A DNA stretch of 64,000 nt, from IMG/VR virus record IMGVR_UViG_3300020577_012118. One strand, written 5' to 3'. The notes under the pieces were generated by a model. It saw only the letters and a list, made by a program, of their open reading frames with translations. It had not been told where the DNA came from and did no database searches. Both the position numbers and the translations under genes were made by a program. Positions 44,153-53,368 of this stretch are shown in pieces; positions within the stretch are counted from its first letter, which is position 1, and every line of letters starts with the position of its first letter. The stretch comes from an uncultured virus (IMG/VR IMGVR_UViG_3300020577_012118). Taxonomy: Duplodnaviria; Heunggongvirae; Uroviricota; Caudoviricetes.

Positions 44153-47100
44153 CCTCTTCAACGACCCGACGCTCGACGGCATCCTCGCCGAGCAGCGCCG
44201 CAAACAGGCCGAGCAGCAGCTGAAGAACGGGCTCGCCCCGCAGGACGCAGAAACCCTCTTGGGCAAGGTGGCCGGCGCAGGCCTGGGCGCGCTCCACTAC
44301 GTCGGCAGCACGCTCGACAAGACGTTCGGCGGCCGCTCCCTCCGCGGGGCGCTCGCCGGCAAGGCCCGCGAACTGCTCGCCCCGATCCCGTTCTCCGACA
44401 CGCTGGGGATCACCAACCCCGACGACAACACGTCGGGCCGCGAACTGCTGGAGAACGCCGGCGTCCTGACGAAGAAGGCCCCCGACGCCGGCTTTCAGTG
44501 GGACGACCTGGCCGGAATGGGCGCGGAACTGGCCCTCGACCCCTCGCTCTACCTGACGCTGGGGACCGGCAGCGCCCTGACCAAGGCCGGGCAGCAGGCC
44601 GGGAAGATGGGGCTCCTGCCGAAGACGGCGGCCGCCCGGATCGGCGGTTTCGGGGCCGGCACGAAGGAACTGACGGCCCTGGCCGGGGCGATGGCCGTCC
44701 CGGAGGCGGAACTCGTCGGCAAGCCCCTCGCCGGCCTGGTCGGGCTGGGCGCACCGTTCTCCAGCCCGTCGGCCGTCCTGGGGACCGGCCAGACCGGCAA
44801 GGCGATCGGCGGCTGGCTCGACCGCGCGGCCGACAAGGCGGCGTACAGCGGCGTCGGCCGCACCCTGTCGCGTCTGTTCGATGCCGACGTCAAGGGGATG
44901 ACGAGCGAGGCCGGACAGCGCGCCGCGCGGGCCAACGCCGACGCCTTCCGCAACGCCGACGCCCTGGCAAAGGCCGACCACCTCGAGGGATTGAAGATCC
45001 TGGAGAAGCACGGCCTCCTCGACAACGGGGACGACCTGCGCAGGGTGATGGAGGGCACGCTCAACGGCCCCGTCTCCCCGGGCATGCGGGAAGCCGCCGA
45101 CTTCATGAGGAAGCGCTACCAGCAGATGCACGCCGAGGCCCTGGCGTCCGGCCGCGAGGTCCCGCAACACTTCGACGACTACATCGACTTCGCCTCGCGG
45201 CAGCGGGTCGATCCGGGCACGTCTAGCCCCGGCTACCGCAACGGGCACCGGGAGCGGCCGTTCGACCCGACCAGCCCCAACGACGTCGCACGCGAGGACC
45301 TCCTGCGACAGATTCCCGGAGGCACCGCGACGATCAACGCCATGGTCGCCGACCCGACGCTCGCCCAACTGATCGATCACGGCAAGGCGACCGGCAACTA
45401 CCTGGGCGCTCAGGCCCACATCCGGCAGAACTACCTGGGGCTCGACGCCCAGGCCCAGGCCCAGCTTGGAGCCTGGAAGGCGAAGCCGCCGGCGAAGGGC
45501 ACGGCGGACTGGACGAGGTTCGAGCAGCTCCAGGCTCTGCACAAGAAGGCGGAGAAGCTGCCGGGATTCCTCGAGGACATCGACCCGATCTACCGCCAGC
45601 CGGGGGCGACGGCCTACTTCGGCAACAACCCGCTGACCGACTTCACGCTCTACAACCTGAAGCACCAGAAGGCCCAGGCCGGTGCCGGCGCGATCCACGA
45701 CATGTTTGCCGCTTCGGCCCTGGCCCCCGGGTCGAGCACGGCCGACGCCGTGTCGATCGTGGACGCCCTGAAGGGCGCGAAGCTGGGGCACAACCCCGGC
45801 ATCGGCAGCCCCAGCGGCATGCAGGCCGTCCTCGACAAGCTCGTGGCGTCCGGGATGCTCCCGGCCGGCAGCACGGTCGCCGACCTGGCGAACGTCCACC
45901 TCCCGCGAGATGTGGCGTCGGACGCCGCCCGCTACATGAACATGGTCAGCGTCCCGGAGGGCCTCCACCCGGTCTTGGGGGCGTTCGACTCGCTGACGAA
46001 CCTGACGAAGGCGTTCCAGACGTCCGTGTTCCCGTCGTTCCACACCCGGAACATGATGACCGGGCTGTTCCAGAACGCCGTCATCGGGGCGAGCGACCCG
46101 CGGCACCACGCCCTGGACCCGCGGGCCTGGTTCAAGCCGTTCCGCGACGCCCTGACGATGCGGTCCAACGGGGCCGTCGAGGGCGCGGCGGACATCTTCA
46201 AGGCCACACGCCCGGGCATCACCGACGCCGAGGCGACCCGGCTGCTCATGGAGGAGATGTTCACCCACGGGGCGCGGACCGGCCTCGACTCGACGGCCGC
46301 GGCGGAGGCGATCGGCAAGGGCACGGTCGCCAACCCCGTCGGCCTCTCGCTCCCCGGAGGGGGGAACGAGGTCTCCGCCCTGGACGTCCTGAAGGGCAAG
46401 ACGCTCCCGGCGAACTCGTCGTGGAACCCGATGGACATCCGCGGCGTCGGCGGCGACGTCGGCAGCATGAACCCGTTCAGCAGCACGGGCAAACTCCGCG
46501 ACGAGACGCTGTTCCGCCCCGCCCGCTACGGCCAGGAGGTCGGGCACCTGGGCGACGACCTCAACCGGATGAGCGCGTTCGTGGCCCTGCGGCGTCAGGG
46601 GGTTGACGCCGCGGAGGCGGCCGTGCGCAGCAAGGCGGCCCACTACGACTACTCGAAGATGACCGACTTCGAGCGCGAGGTGATGCGCCGCGTCATGCCG
46701 TTCTACTCGTTCACCCGGAAGAACCTCCCGTTCCAACTCCAGGAGCTGGCGAGCCGTCCGGGCGGCCTGGTCGGGACCGCCGTCAAGCAACTCGACTCCA
46801 TGCGTTCCGACGCCGGCTTCCTGCCCGAACAGGTGAGCGAGGGCATGGCCATCCCCGTCGGCGGCAAGGGGGACGACGGCACGCAGCGGTTCCTCACCCA
46901 CTTCGGCCTCCCCGTCGAGGACGCTTTTTCGATGCTGGGGACCGGTGCCGACCCCGTCGGCCGGACGCTGGAGAAGACCGGCGGCATGCTGAACCCGCTG
47001 ATCAAGGGCCCTCTGGAGTACATGGCCGGCAAGCAGTTCTACTCCGGTCGCGCCCTGGACGACCTGTACAACGTGAGCGGCTCGACGCTCCTCGACCAGG

Positions 47101-47441
47101 CCGTCATGAACTCGCCGCTGTCGCGCGTCATGACGACCGGCCGCCAGCTGGCGGACGACCGCAAGAGCGCCGTGGACAAGCTGCTGGGCCTGGTCGGGCC
47201 GGCGAAGATCACCGACGTGGACACGAACAAGGCCCGGGACATCGCCGCCCGGGAGATCGCCACGGAGACGCTCAAGGCGTCCCCGGGCGTGTCGAAGTTC
47301 GAGAACCTGTACGTGAAGCCCGAGGACCTGGCGAGCCTGTCCCCGGAGGAGTTCAAGCTGTACCAGCTTTACAAGTACCTCGAGGCGCAGCAGCGCGAGG
47401 CCGCGAAGAAGAAGAAGGCCGCTAAGGCAGGAGCGAAGTGA
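44142..47441 (+). CDS. Large probable ejected protein with LPD38-like C-terminal region
   Basis: 1099 aa; LDPSLY variant of the module; FHTRN; HYDYS.MT.FE..VMRRVMPFYSF.RKN; LNPLIKGPLE. Confidence 0.65.
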   Translation: MFDNLFNDPTLDGILAEQRRKQAEQQLKNGLAPQDAETLLGKVAGAGLGALHYVGSTLDKTFGGRSLRGALAGKARELLAPIPFSDTLGITNPDDNTSGRELLENAGVLTKKAPDAGFQWDDLAGMGAELALDPSLYLTLGTGSALTKAGQQAGKMGLLPKTAAARIGGFGAGTKELTALAGAMAVPEAELVGKPLAGLVGLGAPFSSPSAVLGTGQTGKAIGGWLDRAADKAAYSGVGRTLSRLFDADVKGMTSEAGQRAARANADAFRNADALAKADHLEGLKILEKHGLLDNGDDLRRVMEGTLNGPVSPGMREAADFMRKRYQQMHAEALASGREVPQHFDDYIDFASRQRVDPGTSSPGYRNGHRERPFDPTSPNDVAREDLLRQIPGGTATINAMVADPTLAQLIDHGKATGNYLGAQAHIRQNYLGLDAQAQAQLGAWKAKPPAKGTADWTRFEQLQALHKKAEKLPGFLEDIDPIYRQPGATAYFGNNPLTDFTLYNLKHQKAQAGAGAIHDMFAASALAPGSSTADAVSIVDALKGAKLGHNPGIGSPSGMQAVLDKLVASGMLPAGSTVADLANVHLPRDVASDAARYMNMVSVPEGLHPVLGAFDSLTNLTKAFQTSVFPSFHTRNMMTGLFQNAVIGASDPRHHALDPRAWFKPFRDALTMRSNGAVEGAADIFKATRPGITDAEATRLLMEEMFTHGARTGLDSTAAAEAIGKGTVANPVGLSLPGGGNEVSALDVLKGKTLPANSSWNPMDIRGVGGDVGSMNPFSSTGKLRDETLFRPARYGQEVGHLGDDLNRMSAFVALRRQGVDAAEAAVRSKAAHYDYSKMTDFEREVMRRVMPFYSFTRKNLPFQLQELASRPGGLVGTAVKQLDSMRSDAGFLPEQVSEGMAIPVGGKGDDGTQRFLTHFGLPVEDAFSMLGTGADPVGRTLEKTGGMLNPLIKGPLEYMAGKQFYSGRALDDLYNVSGSTLLDQAVMNSPLSRVMTTGRQLADDRKSAVDKLLGLVGPAKITDVDTNKARDIAAREIATETLKASPGVSKFENLYVKPEDLASLSPEEFKLYQLYKYLEAQQREAAKKKKAAKAGAK

Positions 47442-47442
47442 C

Positions 47443-48546
47443 ATGGTGAACCTGGGAGCGTTGGGCGGCGGTCTTGGCGGGATCGCGGGGCACGGCCTTG
47501 GTGCCGCCGGCGGGGCCATGGGGGGGATCTTCTCCGCCATGGACGCCCCCGGGCGGGCCGTGCGCGGCGTCCTCACGAGCGCCATGGGCGGGCAGCCCGG
47601 GGCGACAGACATGGACGGCGACGAGGCCCAGCCTCGAAACGGGAGCATCCTGCCGGCCGCGGTCGGACTCGCCGGCGGTCTGGCGGCGAGCTTCATCCCG
47701 GGCCTGACGCCCCTGGCCCCCTACGTCGGGGCGGCGTCCGCCGGCCTGGCCCAGATGATCGGCGAGGCGATCGACCCGATCGGCTTCTCCTCGTTCACGC
47801 CCAGCGAGATCACGCAGCGGATGGGGATCGGCGGCAACCCGCTGGTGGACTTCGCCGCCGGGGCCGCGATGGACCCGCTCACCTACGCCGGGGCGATCGG
47901 CGGGGCCAACCCCGAGGCCCTGGCGGGTGCCGGCGGCGGGCTGATGAAGCGGATGGGGCGGATGCTCCCCGAAACGCCTCCGGTGCCGATGAGCGCCGCG
48001 GCCGCCGAGAACGTCGGCAACCGCCTCCTCAAGTACCAGGCGGCCGACTCGCTGCCGGGCATGAGTCCGCTGGGCCTTGGGCCGATGCCCCCGCCGTCCG
48101 CCCTGCCCGCCGGCCCGCTGCCCGGCGGCATCCAGGCCATGCAGGACGCCTCGATGGCCGGATACAACCCGGCCATGCAGGCGGCGATGCCGGGCCTCGA
48201 CGCCTACGCCAACGGCGCGACCCGGCAGTACCAGAACGTCAACCCGGCCGTCGCCGGGCCGATGCGTTCGCTGGGCTGGATGGACGACGCCGGCAGCGCG
48301 GCGACCGGGGGCCGTCGGCTCGCCGGCGGGCTGCCCGACTTCGCCCAGGTCCGCGGCGGCCGCGTCATGCCCACGCCGGGGATGCAAGTGCCCGACACCC
48401 CGGACATGATGAGCCTGATGCAGCAGAAGCCGCCCGGGATGTCCTTGGGCCAGATGCTTGGGACCCCGCTCGACGCGGGGCAGTTCGGGCCGCAGCAGCG
48501 TGCCGACATGCTGGCCCGCCTCCGCGCCATGAACGCCGGCGGTTGA
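47443..48546 (+). CDS. DPLTY-family probable ejected protein
   Basis: MDAPGRAVRGVL and MDPLTYAGAIGG; Met/Pro/Gly-rich C-terminus. Confidence 0.6.
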   Translation: MVNLGALGGGLGGIAGHGLGAAGGAMGGIFSAMDAPGRAVRGVLTSAMGGQPGATDMDGDEAQPRNGSILPAAVGLAGGLAASFIPGLTPLAPYVGAASAGLAQMIGEAIDPIGFSSFTPSEITQRMGIGGNPLVDFAAGAAMDPLTYAGAIGGANPEALAGAGGGLMKRMGRMLPETPPVPMSAAAAENVGNRLLKYQAADSLPGMSPLGLGPMPPPSALPAGPLPGGIQAMQDASMAGYNPAMQAAMPGLDAYANGATRQYQNVNPAVAGPMRSLGWMDDAGSAATGGRRLAGGLPDFAQVRGGRVMPTPGMQVPDTPDMMSLMQQKPPGMSLGQMLGTPLDAGQFGPQQRADMLARLRAMNAGG

Positions 48547-48562
48547 GTTGCCCGTGGGCAAA
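48547..48562. promoter_or_regulatory. Palindromic site copy 5 (intergenic, upstream of HTH gene)
   Basis: GTTGCCCGTGGGCAAA. Confidence 0.65.
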
Positions 48563-48602
48563 TCCTAGGATCCTCCGTGACGCCCGACACGGAGGATTTA
48601 TC

Positions 48603-48989
48603 GTGCCACGGTTCGACGACCGCTTCCTGAGCATGGCCACTTCGCAGCCCCAGCCCGAGGATCGCCACTTCAACCACGACCGCGACGGCCCGGACGGCAA
48701 GCCAGCCCCGGGCGCGCCGCAACGGCCCTTCGGCATCACCCCGGAGGAGTTGGTCGAACTGAACATCGCCCGCCGCTCCAACCTGATGAACGCCCGCGCG
48801 GACGGCATCCTCGCCGTCATGCTGATCGGCCGCGCCGGCTGGACGCCGCAGTCGGTCGCCGCCTTCCTGGGGCTCACGTTCGAGTCCGTCAAGCTGTGGT
48901 CGGAGACGTACCAGATCGGCACGATCGAGGACCTGCGCCGCCTCGACCCGCCCGCCTACACGCCGATCCCCCCCGCCGAGAAGGCTTGA
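48603..48989 (+). CDS. HTH DNA-binding protein
   Basis: GGAGG then GTG; GWTPQSVAAFLGLTFESVKLWSETY. Confidence 0.55.
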   Translation: MPRFDDRFLSMATSQPQPEDRHFNHDRDGPDGKPAPGAPQRPFGITPEELVELNIARRSNLMNARADGILAVMLIGRAGWTPQSVAAFLGLTFESVKLWSETYQIGTIEDLRRLDPPAYTPIPPAEKA

Positions 48990-49088
48990 AACCCAACTTT
49001 TCAACCGTCGCCTTGGCCCTATAACTCCACCGGCGGGGGTGGCCAACGCCCCGCCGACATCGCCATCAACGATCGCCCGGAGAAACGC

Positions 49089-49628
49089 ATGCCTCAGTTC
49101 ACCGTCTTCGACACCGCCATCCCCGCCGCCATTCCCGGGGCCAAGGTGGTCGTCCGCAAGCTCTCCGACAACACCATCGTCTTCAACGGGATCACCGACG
49201 CCTCCGGCCAGGTCGGGCTCGTGCTCCCGGAGGGGGTGGCCCACACCGTCCTGGCGTACAAGACGGGCACGCCGAGCTACGACGGCGCTCGCGTCTCGAT
49301 CCAGACGCGCAACGGCGTCCTCCTCCCTAACGGCCTGGGGCTGAGCAAGGTGACCGCACGTCAGTTCAAGCTCCAGGTCTACACCGGCGTCAACACCCCG
49401 CTGACGTCCGGCCTCGTCGTCGTCAAGGGTCCGACCGGGAACGTAATGGCCACGACCGGCCTGGACGCCGCGGGCCGCGCCCAGATCGACCTCCCGGCCG
49501 ACCTGACGGGCTGCACGGCCACGGTCACCACCGCCGGCCTGGACGGTGCCCTGATTCCGCTGGACAAGATCGACCTCCTGGGCACGGTCGTCATCGTCCT
49601 CGCCCCGGTGATCGGCCCCGACGAGTGA
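49089..49628 (+). CDS. Protein with two prealbumin/Ig-like repeats
   Basis: IPGAKVVV...GITDASGQV and GLVVV...GLDAAGRA; GGAG RBS. Confidence 0.6.
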   Translation: MPQFTVFDTAIPAAIPGAKVVVRKLSDNTIVFNGITDASGQVGLVLPEGVAHTVLAYKTGTPSYDGARVSIQTRNGVLLPNGLGLSKVTARQFKLQVYTGVNTPLTSGLVVVKGPTGNVMATTGLDAAGRAQIDLPADLTGCTATVTTAGLDGALIPLDKIDLLGTVVIVLAPVIGPDE

Positions 49629-49650
49629 TCCGGCGGGGCGCATAAAATCA

Positions 49651-49685
49651 CCGGCGGCGGAGAGGTTTATCCTCTCCGCCGCCGG
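49651..49685. terminator. Hairpin at the convergence of the two genome arms
   Basis: 15-bp stem CCGGCGGCGGAGAGG / CCTCTCCGCCGCCGG. Confidence 0.65.
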
Positions 49686-49793
49686 GGAATCGTCGCGGGA
49701 TGTCACGTACAGTTGACCAAGCGTTTCCCTAACTCGTAGTCACGGCTTGAACACGGGCCGGAACCCCCGTGACGCGGTGCCGGCGGGGTGATC

Positions 49794-50345
49794 TTACCGC
49801 CCCCGCCCGCGGATGGCCATCGAATCGACGAAAGATTCCAGCTCGTCGTCGATGATCGCGAACTCCTCCTGCTCGACCGCCTCCTCTTCGCCCTCGCCGC
49901 CGATGCCGCCGCCGTCCATCGCCACCGCCTGGTCGAGGGTGATGAGCAGATCGACGACCGCCGGCTGCTCCGGGGTCGGGATGTAGGTCATCCACGAAAG
50001 CACGATCGCCGGCCCGACCTTCCCCCTCATCTTGCCGTCCGGGCTCGTCGCCGCATACGTCATGGTGCGGTCGTAGTCGCGCCACTCCGAGGTCCAGCCG
50101 CCCATGTCCGTCTTGTTGGCCATCGTGCCGATCACGGGGACAGCGCCGGTGCCGTCGGTCGTGTTGACCTCGACGCCCGCCACCGGGTTGCCGTCCTTGT
50201 CAACGACCTTCACGTTGATGACGACCTTGGGGAAGCCCAACCAGGGGTCATCCATCCGTCGGGCCTTGGCGTTTCCGGCAACCATCGTCGCCGCGGCGAC
50301 GAGCGCCACGGCCAGGAACCCCAGGCCCAGAATCCGATTCTTCAT
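49794..50345 (-). CDS. Secreted protein with prealbumin-like domain and acidic tail
   Basis: Signal peptide MKNRILGLGFLAVALVAAA; VKVVDKDGNPVAGVEV; AAGGAG RBS. Confidence 0.65.
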   Translation of the reverse strand: MKNRILGLGFLAVALVAAATMVAGNAKARRMDDPWLGFPKVVINVKVVDKDGNPVAGVEVNTTDGTGAVPVIGTMANKTDMGGWTSEWRDYDRTMTYAATSPDGKMRGKVGPAIVLSWMTYIPTPEQPAVVDLLITLDQAVAMDGGGIGGEGEEEAVEQEEFAIIDDELESFVDSMAIRGRGR

Positions 50346-50428
50346 CGCGAACTCCTTCAGGAGGCGGCCGACGACCTCCGTGGTCGGCGTGCCGCCATTC
50401 GGAAGATATGGACAGGCGATCGATAGGC

Positions 50429-50472
50429 AAACGAAAAAACCACGGCCAAGCGTCCGCACGCTTGGCCGTGGT
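50429..50472 (-). terminator. Intrinsic terminator of the leftward operon
   Basis: ACCACGGCCAAGCGT / ACGCTTGGCCGTGGT stem followed by TTTTTCGTTT on the minus strand. Confidence 0.8.
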
Positions 50473-50534
50473 CCCGAGAACCCCCGACTCTCCAACTCCC
50501 CTCCCCCAAAGCGCTGGAGAGCAGGACAGCGACG

Positions 50535-50879
50535 TCATCTTACTTCGACGACGACGCCCGTCAACTCCCACCCCTCCGTTTTGGCGACGAACGCCACCAA
50601 CTCCCAGAGCCGGCCGGAGCGGTGCGCGACCGCGAAATCGACGCCCTTCTGTAGCTCCGCGATCCGCCGCGGCAGGAGCCGCGGCATCGGCTCGATCGGG
50701 TGCGTCACCTGGTAGTGCCGCATCGAATCGACCTCCCACGTCGTTTTCGCCTCCTCGTCCCTGATCACCAGGTGCGAGCGGACGTCCGCCTGCGCCATGT
50801 TGCGTCGCCCGTTCCACGTCGCCACGACGCGGATCTCTTTGGCGACCCCGTCGGCCTCGCCGAACTTCACCGTCACCAT
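50535..50879 (-). CDS. Hypothetical protein
   Basis: GGGGGAG RBS before ATG 50879. Confidence 0.55.
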   Translation of the reverse strand: MVTVKFGEADGVAKEIRVVATWNGRRNMAQADVRSHLVIRDEEAKTTWEVDSMRHYQVTHPIEPMPRLLPRRIAELQKGVDFAVAHRSGRLWELVAFVAKTEGWELTGVVVEVR

Positions 50880-50893
50880 CGCACTCCCCCTGG

Positions 50894-51172
50894 TTAAACG
50901 AGCTTCGCCCGGACGTCGGCGATCGCCTTGAAGTCCGGGAGGATGATCTCGACGAGCGTGCGCCCCTCGAGGCCGTGCGTCTTCTCCCACTTGTTGAGCA
51001 TGAACAGGCGGGAGTCGTGTTTGTAGCCGACCATGATGTTCTTCGCGTCGAACAGGATCCAGGCGTGGTAGACGCTCCCCCTGGTCTTGTCGCGGCAGTT
51101 GTAGATCCGCGTCAGGTACACGGCCTCCTTGTCCAGCATGTCGGCCGGGTGATGCTTGACCGTCTCGCCCAT
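50894..51172 (-). CDS. Hypothetical protein
   Basis: AAGGTG RBS; operon packing. Confidence 0.55.
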   Translation of the reverse strand: MGETVKHHPADMLDKEAVYLTRIYNCRDKTRGSVYHAWILFDAKNIMVGYKHDSRLFMLNKWEKTHGLEGRTLVEIILPDFKAIADVRAKLV

Positions 51173-51173
51173 G

Positions 51174-51410
51174 TCACACCTTTCCCAGGTAAACGAATCG
51201 CCCCTTGTGGTGGTCACAGAAGGCGGCCGCGGCCGCCTTCGTCGCAAAATATACGTCCTGGCCGGCAACGTACTCTATCGTGCGGACGCCCTGGTCGGCG
51301 ACGATCTCTTGATCGCCGATCATTAGTGCCCCGAGGCGGTAGCTGTGCCGGTAGTCAGCCAGGCATCGGGCCGTGTGCTGTTTCGGCGGGTCCTTCTTCT
51401 TCATTGCCAT
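51174..51410 (-). CDS. Hypothetical protein
   Basis: GGAGG RBS. Confidence 0.5.
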   Translation of the reverse strand: MAMKKKDPPKQHTARCLADYRHSYRLGALMIGDQEIVADQGVRTIEYVAGQDVYFATKAAAAAFCDHHKGRFVYLGKV

Positions 51411-51670
51411 CCCTCCAGTTTGATCAGGTGGTAATTGCCGTGGTCACTCTCGAACCACACGGCGGTCCAAAACTTGTTGCGTTCCATGTACTCCTTGACG
51501 GCCGTCTCCATGTCCTCGCCTTCCGGCACGGACAGCACGGGACGCCTCGACGTCCCGCCGTACTCCCAGAAATCGACGTGATCCCTGGTGACCAGGTCCT
51601 CCAATTCCGGACCCGAATCCGGCTGCTCCGCGCCGTCCCGGCCGCACACTTCGTCATCCGCGTCGTCCAC
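51401..51670 (-). CDS. Hypothetical acidic protein
   Basis: YMERNKFW..VWF.SDHGN. Confidence 0.55.
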   Translation of the reverse strand: MDDADDEVCGRDGAEQPDSGPELEDLVTRDHVDFWEYGGTSRRPVLSVPEGEDMETAVKEYMERNKFWTAVWFESDHGNYHLIKLEGWQ

Positions 51671-51770
51671 GGTCCGCCGCCTTTCTCGTGAGAGGAACGC
51701 CGGGGCGTCGGCGAGTTACGATGGGCATGGCCATGACGTGATGGCCATGAACCCCCAACAGGAGTTGACG

Positions 51771-52349
51771 ATGCCGACGCCGCCAGCCGACCTTTCCGGA
51801 ACGATCCCCGAGGACACCCCGGAGCCCGCCAACATGACGCTCAAGTATCTGGGAGACTACTCGTACAAAATCGAGGGCGTCAACCAGACCGGGGTAACCG
51901 TCACCCTGACGCCCGGCGGCGCTCCGGCCCGCTCGCTGACGATGAGCCCGACGTCCGGGTACGTCAGCTTCGACGACAACAATGTCACGGAAACCGGAAC
52001 ATGGGCGACCCTCTTCCCCTTCAACTTCGTGAACGGCAAGCTGATGGGCCGTGGTCGGCTGAAGGATAACATCGGCTACGGCGTCTTCGGGCAGCTGACC
52101 CCGATCCCCATGTGCTACCCGAACCAAGCCAAGGTCTACTTCGCCGAAGGGAAGATCAGGTTCTACAAGGACGGCGTCGGCGGCGACAAAATCGACGTGA
52201 CCGTGAACGCCCGCTTCGATTACGAACGGGACCCGACGGACCCGGCCGCCGCCCGGTGGCTCGTCCGGTGCGGCGTCACCAGCGTCGATGCCCCGGGCGT
52301 CCCGCTCAGTTCGGGCGGGGGTGACGAGCCTCCGGTCGAGGGCGAGTGA
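51771..52349 (+). CDS. Hypothetical beta-rich protein, opposite strand to its neighbours
   Basis: AGGAG RBS before ATG 51771. Confidence 0.55.
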   Translation: MPTPPADLSGTIPEDTPEPANMTLKYLGDYSYKIEGVNQTGVTVTLTPGGAPARSLTMSPTSGYVSFDDNNVTETGTWATLFPFNFVNGKLMGRGRLKDNIGYGVFGQLTPIPMCYPNQAKVYFAEGKIRFYKDGVGGDKIDVTVNARFDYERDPTDPAAARWLVRCGVTSVDAPGVPLSSGGGDEPPVEGE

Positions 52350-53133
52350 CGGGCGGCGGGTCCGCGTCCTTCTTGACGGCCTCCAGGACCCGCTTCCGCC
52401 ACGCCAGGGCGTACTCCAGGCAGTTGGCGCAGTTCTTGTGCGTGTGCCCCTCCATGGGCGGCACACGCCTCGCCTCTGCGGACCAGGCCAGCGAGTCGCT
52501 CGACGCGACCCGCCGGCCCCAGTTCGCCACGGACCACGTATCATCGACCAGCCCTCCCCGCTTCATGCCGAAGAAGTGGGTCATGATGCCGTGAAGCCAG
52601 AGCCACGTCTGGAGGTTCTTGCACCAGGTCGTTCCCTGCCGGCGACAGACGCTTCCGACGCCGACGATCCTGGCCCTGGTCAGGTCGATGCCCGCCGCCT
52701 TGTACTCGTGGATATGGTCCACGTACTGCGGGATGCACTGGCCCTGGAGAACGGGCATCCATGACACCTCCGGGGCCAGCCTCGTCAGGTCGAGGTAGCT
52801 CTGGACGGTCCGGGCCTGATGCTCCCGCACCGTCAGGCCCGTCTTCGCCAGCATCGCCGGCTCGCACATCCAGTCCTGGATCGCCGCGAAATCCATCATC
52901 CCGATGTCCTTGCTCCACGAGCGGACCTCGTCGGCGTAGCGTTCCGGTTCGGTCATCCACTTGCCATACTTGCCGATCTCCGTGAACCCCCCGGAGTCGA
53001 GCGCCCAGCGGGCGATCGCCCGGGGCATGTTCCGCCGGCGGAACAGCCGCCGGCGGGAGACGAACAGCGGCACGCCGGCGACGGCGAGCCAGTTGGGCAT
53101 GTGCGTGCCCAGGTAGAACGTAAAGTCTCCCAC
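52306..53133 (-). CDS. dpdA: DpdA/tRNA-guanine transglycosylase-like DNA modification protein
   Basis: WALDSGGF, QDWMCEP, MPVLQG, VGVGSVCRRQ, HFFGMK, SSDSLAWS. Confidence 0.7.
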   Translation of the reverse strand: MGDFTFYLGTHMPNWLAVAGVPLFVSRRRLFRRRNMPRAIARWALDSGGFTEIGKYGKWMTEPERYADEVRSWSKDIGMMDFAAIQDWMCEPAMLAKTGLTVREHQARTVQSYLDLTRLAPEVSWMPVLQGQCIPQYVDHIHEYKAAGIDLTRARIVGVGSVCRRQGTTWCKNLQTWLWLHGIMTHFFGMKRGGLVDDTWSVANWGRRVASSDSLAWSAEARRVPPMEGHTHKNCANCLEYALAWRKRVLEAVKKDADPPPVTRPRPEARHPRPN

Positions 53134-53143
53134 CGGCGCACCT

Positions 53144-53368
53144 CTAGGAAAGGGGGTCCATGCCCTGATCGCGGACCATCTTGATGAACAGGTCCTTGAC
53201 CGGCTCGCTGCAATGAGCGGTGGCGTCGATCCAGGTCGGCTCGCGCCGGAACTTCATGAAGAAGAGGAACCGGTAGTAGAGGCTCACCTTGTCGTGAGGC
53301 ATGCCGGGCGGGTGGGCGAAGTCGCACTCTTCGCACCGCCCGCCGTCGTCGAGCGTTAGACGGCTCAT
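53144..53368 (-). CDS. Small Cys/His hypothetical protein
   Basis: CEEC..AH....PH...SLYY...F.....R.PTW.DA.AHC. Confidence 0.6.
   Translation of the reverse strand: MSRLTLDDGGRCEECDFAHPPGMPHDKVSLYYRFLFFMKFRREPTWIDATAHCSEPVKDLFIKMVRDQGMDPLS

Noticed and set aside
44073..47696. Very long opposite-strand ORFs (also 40023-42779 minus, 57139-59709 plus, 27166-29208 minus, 35651-37627 minus)
   Set aside because: Shadow frames of genes with clear motifs and RBSs; Arg/Gly/Val-rich translations typical of antisense frames in GC-rich DNA.
48603..48989. IS630-like transposase remnant
   Set aside because: Only an HTH-like segment; no DDE domain or terminal inverted repeats seen.
49730..49790. tRNA-like element (GTTCAAG on the minus strand, GTCACGG/CCGTGAC stem)
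   Set aside because: Cannot be folded into a cloverleaf; only a short stem.
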